DNA of 64,000 nucleotides. It comes from Syntrophales bacterium. GTDB taxonomy: Bacteria; Desulfobacterota; Syntrophia; Syntrophales; UBA4778. Numbering within the stretch: the stretch's first letter is position 1; each line of letters opens with the position of its first letter. Positions 60,470 to 64,000 of this stretch are shown here, piece after piece. Below the pieces are notes generated by a model. The model saw nothing but the letters and a program-made list of their open reading frames with translations, was not told where the DNA came from and ran no database searches. Both the position numbers and the translations under genes were made by a program. The stretch is from the NCBI GenBank assembly GCA_963665615.2, contig CAXXQE010000006.1, positions 496,001 to 560,000 on the forward strand, given 5' to 3'.

Positions 60470-61543
60470 ATGGATATCTGTATCACTAACATTGCGCCGG
60501 ACAAAAGGAAACCCAAGCCGACCGATGAATCTCAACTGGGTTTCGGCAAATTGTTTACAGACCACATGTTCACGATGAGGTATCACGAGGGGAAAGGCTG
60601 GCATGACGCCGCGATTGAACCATACGCTCCGATTCCCTTCGATCTGGCATCCATGTGTTTTCACTATGCCCAGGAAATCTTCGAAGGCTTAAAGGCCTAT
60701 CGCGGCAAGGATAATACCATTTACCTCTTCCGTCCGGAAGACAACATCAGACGGATGAATGCATCCGCTGAAAAGCTCTGCATGCCGGCGCTCGATGTGC
60801 CGCTCGTCATGGAAGGGCTGAAAGAACTCGTCCGGATCGACAAAGACTGGATTCCCAGAAGCGAGGGTGCGTCCCTCTACATCCGGCCGACCATGATTGC
60901 AACAGAGGCCGCCCTTGGCGTGCACGCCGCTAATGAATACCTCTTTTTCATCATCGTTGGACCGGTCGGCGCCTATTATCCGCAGGGCTTCAGTCCCACC
61001 AAGATCTTCGTCAGCAAGGACTACGTCCGTTCCATCAAGGGCGGAATCGGTTCCGTCAAGGCAGCCGCCAACTATGCGGCCAGCCTCTACGCGAGCAAGA
61101 TCGCCAAGGAGATGGGTTACACGCAGGTGTTGTGGCTGGACGCCGTTGAGCGAAAGTACGTCGAGGAGGTGGGCACCAGCAACATCTTCTTCGTGATCGG
61201 CGACGAACTGATCACCCCGCCGCTAGGCGGCACGATCCTCCCCGGCATCACCCGGGACTCGGTCATCAAGATGGCCAAATACCGGGGCGTGAAGGTTTCC
61301 GAACGCCCGCTCTCGATGGATGAAATTATCGACGCGCAGAAGAGCGGTACCTTACGTGAGTCCTTCGCATCGGGAACGGCCGCCGTGGTCTCCCCTGTCG
61401 GTCATATCTATTACGAAGGTCAGGAGTACCTGATCAACCAGGGCAAGGCGGGTGAACTGGCGGAAAAGCTCTACAAAGAAATCCTCCAGATCCAGTATGG
61501 GGAGGCGGAAGACCCCTTCGGTTGGCGGATCAAGTTGGATTGA
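60470..61543 (+). CDS. ilvE: Branched-chain amino acid aminotransferase
   Basis: FEGLKAY, LYIRP, K.AANY, EEVGTSNIF, ILPGITR, SGTAAVV. Confidence 0.97.
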   Translation: MDICITNIAPDKRKPKPTDESQLGFGKLFTDHMFTMRYHEGKGWHDAAIEPYAPIPFDLASMCFHYAQEIFEGLKAYRGKDNTIYLFRPEDNIRRMNASAEKLCMPALDVPLVMEGLKELVRIDKDWIPRSEGASLYIRPTMIATEAALGVHAANEYLFFIIVGPVGAYYPQGFSPTKIFVSKDYVRSIKGGIGSVKAAANYAASLYASKIAKEMGYTQVLWLDAVERKYVEEVGTSNIFFVIGDELITPPLGGTILPGITRDSVIKMAKYRGVKVSERPLSMDEIIDAQKSGTLRESFASGTAAVVSPVGHIYYEGQEYLINQGKAGELAEKLYKEILQIQYGEAEDPFGWRIKLD

Positions 61544-61580
61544 CAGGTCTTTTCGGCGAGGAGAGCTGTGCTCCCCGCCG

Positions 61581-61735
61581 AAATCCACAGACATGTGGAT
61601 AAAGCTGTGGATAACCATGTTGACAAATTTCATAAGTGCCCTATTGATGCGATCTTATACCCTTTTGCATAGCCTTTAAGCACTAACAAATTATAATAAA
61701 TTCAATAAATTACAAAAACACATTATTTTTGACTG
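61581..61735. promoter_or_regulatory. DnaA-box cluster with AT-rich tract
   Basis: Perfect TGTGGATAA at 61594-61602 and 61606-61614, imperfect inverted AAATCCACA at 61581-61589. Confidence 0.6.
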
Positions 61736-61844
61736 CAATTCGGGTCAATTTTCGGTCCTAAAATCACTCTGCGAAAAATATACCACATTTGTCTTGGATC
61801 ATCAGACCGAACGGGGCCTTGAATCCCCCTTTCAAAGAAGCGCC

Positions 61845-62501
61845 ATGAAAACAGTTTATTGCACCCTTACAGTTATATTATTTTTATTTTTTGTAGGATT
61901 TCCCGCACACGGACAGATGCCCGTTTGTGCACTCGTCGATAAAATTCAAGAGCAATATGAAAAGGCGAACGATCTTCAGGCCAGATTCATTCAGGACACA
62001 ACCCTGAAATCCACGCGCCGCACCGAACGCGAAGAAGGAACAGTTTACTTTAAAAAGTCAAAAAAAATGCTCTGGAATTATACGAAGCCGCAGTCCAAAA
62101 AACTCATCCTCAATCCCAAAACGGCCTGGCTCTATGTCGCGGAAGACAATATCGTCTATGTGCAGGACAGCGAGAAACTCTTTACCTCAGGACAGGCTAT
62201 CCGCTTTCTCGCCGGCATTGGACATCTCAAAGATGAGTTTACTATCTCCTACGCCAACCCTGCAAAGGATCGAAACGGAAACTACCTGCTGGAACTGATT
62301 CCCAAGGGTGAAGCCGGGTTGCGGAAACTGCTGGTGACAATCGAAAAGGACACCTTTGCGATTGCGCGATGCACCTTCAACGATGCGCTGGGCAACACGA
62401 CGGATCTGAGTTTTCAGGACATGAAGATCAACAACGCCCTGTCCGATTCGCTCTTTACCTTCAAGATCCCGGCAGGGGTGACGGTTCAAAAGATAGAGTG
62501 A
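61845..62501 (+). CDS. lolA: Outer-membrane lipoprotein carrier protein
   Basis: Signal peptide; A.FIQ, G.VYFKK, W.Y.KP, D.LGN.T...F, F.FKIP.GV. Confidence 0.88.
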   Translation: MKTVYCTLTVILFLFFVGFPAHGQMPVCALVDKIQEQYEKANDLQARFIQDTTLKSTRRTEREEGTVYFKKSKKMLWNYTKPQSKKLILNPKTAWLYVAEDNIVYVQDSEKLFTSGQAIRFLAGIGHLKDEFTISYANPAKDRNGNYLLELIPKGEAGLRKLLVTIEKDTFAIARCTFNDALGNTTDLSFQDMKINNALSDSLFTFKIPAGVTVQKIE

Positions 62502-62537
62502 ATAGTGAATAGTAAACAGTGAACAGTAAATAGCGAC
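62497..62537. repeat. Heptamer tandem array overlapping the lolA stop
   Basis: AGTGAAT AGTGAAT AGTAAAC AGTGAAC AGTAAAT AGCGAC. Confidence 0.75.
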
Positions 62538-62570
62538 GAGGGGGCCTTCTCGTAACTAATTGCAATACGT

Positions 62571-62640
62571 GTCATTCCCGCGCAGGCGGGAATCCAGTCA
62601 GTTATAAAAAGACCTGGATGCCCGCTCCCGCGGGAATGAC
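62571..62640. repeat. REP-like inverted doublet
   Basis: GTCATTCCCGCGCAGGCGGGAATCCAG ... CTGGATGCCCGCTCCCGCGGGAATGAC. Confidence 0.82.
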
Positions 62641-62660
62641 AAGAAAACGAAGGTTATTTG

Positions 62661-62876
62661 ATGTCTGACTTTGGAAAGATGCTGATTCTGCTGGGCGCGG
62701 TCGTGGCCCTGGCGGGGCTGGTTCTGGTCTATGCCGGAAAGATCCCGTGGCTGGGCCGGCTCCCCGGCGATATCCTCTACAAAGGCAAAAATGTCACCTT
62801 CTTTTTCCCCATCACCACCAGCATTCTGATCAGTCTTGTAATCAGCATGATCCTCTACTTCCTCCCCAAAAAGTAG
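62661..62876 (+). CDS. DUF2905 family small membrane protein
   Basis: WLGRLPGDI...FFFPITTSILIS. Confidence 0.9.
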   Translation: MSDFGKMLILLGAVVALAGLVLVYAGKIPWLGRLPGDILYKGKNVTFFFPITTSILISLVISMILYFLPKK

Positions 62877-62887
62877 TCAAACAGCGC

Positions 62888-62975
62888 GTCATTGCGAGCG
62901 AAGCGAAGCAATCTGACTCATGGGATTATGAGATTGCTTTGCCCCCGACAAGTACTTCGGGGCAAGCGCAATGAC
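62888..62975. repeat. Second REP-like family inverted doublet
   Basis: GTCATTGCGAGCGAAGCGAAGCAATCT ... AGATTGCTT ... CGCAATGAC between convergent genes. Confidence 0.75.
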
Positions 62976-62998
62976 AAAGATATGGCTTTGGGGGAACG

Positions 62999-63991
62999 TC
63001 ACTCATTGAACCGGAAGGGCCTGCCTTTACTGAAGTCGGGCGTCAAGGCGACCTCATCAACCTCTTGAGCGAATATCGTTTCAAAACCAAGGTCAAGCGC
63101 ATAGTCAATCACAGCGTCGTATTCCTCTTTGCTTACCCGCTTATTCAGCAATGGATGGTTTCGCACGGCCTCCGTCGGCGTATATTGCGACATGATGCTG
63201 ACCGGCACGTTCACGGAAATTTCGTCACGGATGAGTCTCAGGGCCTCGAAGCTGCACTGGATGCATCCCGGCAAAACCAGATGACGGATGATGACCCCGC
63301 GAACGGCGATATCATCCGGTGCAACGAGATCTTCGCCGCACTGCCGGATCATCTCCCGGATCGACGCAACTGCATGGGGCGCGTAATCGCGTACGCCCGA
63401 GAATTCATCGGCGGCGGCGTCATTGCCATACTTGAAGTCCGGCAGATAGATATCGACGATTCCGTCCAGCGCCCGAACGATTTCCGCACTTTCGTAGCCG
63501 CCGCAGTTGTAGACAATCGGCAGATCGAGCCCCTGCCCGAAGGCCAGCGACAGCGCCTCCAGAAAAAAGGGGAGTTGCGGCGTCGGCGTCACGGCTTCGA
63601 TGTTGTGGCAGCCTTGCGCTTGCAGCTTCAGCATCTCCTCGGCCAGTTCGCGGGACTTAAGCGCCCTGCCCTGCATGTCGTGACTGATCTGGTAATTCTG
63701 GCAGAAGACACAGCGGAGATTGCAGGAAGAAAAGAAAATCGTCCCGGCCCCGCGCTCGCCAGAGATGGACGGCTCTTCGCCGAAATGGGGAAGGACGTGA
63801 CTCACGACAAGCCGGTCGCCCAGTCCGCAGACACCGATCTCGCCTCGGAGGCGGTTGATTCCGCATCTTCGAGGACACAGGACGCACGCCGCCATCCCGC
63901 GCATCAGCTTATCCGCCCGCGATGCGCAAAGCCTCGCGAGGGCCTGAGGATCGCGTGTGTTGAACATTGTTGGCGTTTGTAATTCTGTCAT
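62999..63991 (-). CDS. Radical SAM protein (PflX-like)
   Basis: C.LCPR.C, HFGEE, CNLRCVFCQN, YLPDFKY, RHLVLP, MSQY. Confidence 0.92.
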   Translation of the reverse strand: MTELQTPTMFNTRDPQALARLCASRADKLMRGMAACVLCPRRCGINRLRGEIGVCGLGDRLVVSHVLPHFGEEPSISGERGAGTIFFSSCNLRCVFCQNYQISHDMQGRALKSRELAEEMLKLQAQGCHNIEAVTPTPQLPFFLEALSLAFGQGLDLPIVYNCGGYESAEIVRALDGIVDIYLPDFKYGNDAAADEFSGVRDYAPHAVASIREMIRQCGEDLVAPDDIAVRGVIIRHLVLPGCIQCSFEALRLIRDEISVNVPVSIMSQYTPTEAVRNHPLLNKRVSKEEYDAVIDYALDLGFETIFAQEVDEVALTPDFSKGRPFRFNE

Positions 63992-64000
63992 GGTTATCAG

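Noticed and set aside
13319..62537. Short tandem arrays as possible CRISPR
   Set aside because: 7-10 bp units without unique spacers; no cas genes

Overview
About 64 kb of mostly housekeeping chromosome from an anaerobic bacterium. Gene content (sigma54 promoters, PEP-CTERM protein, GS-III, split glutamate synthase, class III CoA-transferase) suggests a Desulfobacterota/Syntrophales-like organism; this is inference. Main blocks: (1) Isf-type flavoprotein, MCP, CoA-transferase / frameshifted acyl-CoA dehydrogenase / ferredoxin operon, panE, and a MerR regulator preceded by a stand-alone copy of its own C-terminal domain; (2) complete trpEGDCFBA operon with an unannotated WWWW leader peptide and two tandem terminators; (3) an accessory stretch with a CysRS paralog with altered Zn ligands, MATE, baeRF protein, Crp/Fnr plus Fe-S target, PEP-CTERM gene, RHH-PilZ fusion, gpmA, pgm, DUF169, MFS, DUF1329, HD-GYP, a glycosyltransferase-acyltransferase-BKACE operon, a metallophosphoesterase-nucleotidyltransferase fusion and an LTA-synthase-family protein; (4) a glutamine-centred supercluster (split GOGAT, hisHF, carAB, purF, GAF-type sigma54 activator, atypical GATase, divergent GS-III, pdxS, ilvE); (5) a DnaA-box cluster, lolA, DUF2905 and a radical SAM gene. 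Intergenic spaces hold several families of small dispersed repeats (REP-like doublets, MITE-like elements, heptamer arrays). No rRNA, tRNA, CRISPR array, transposase or prophage was seen. All calls come from motif recognition by eye; no database search was run.
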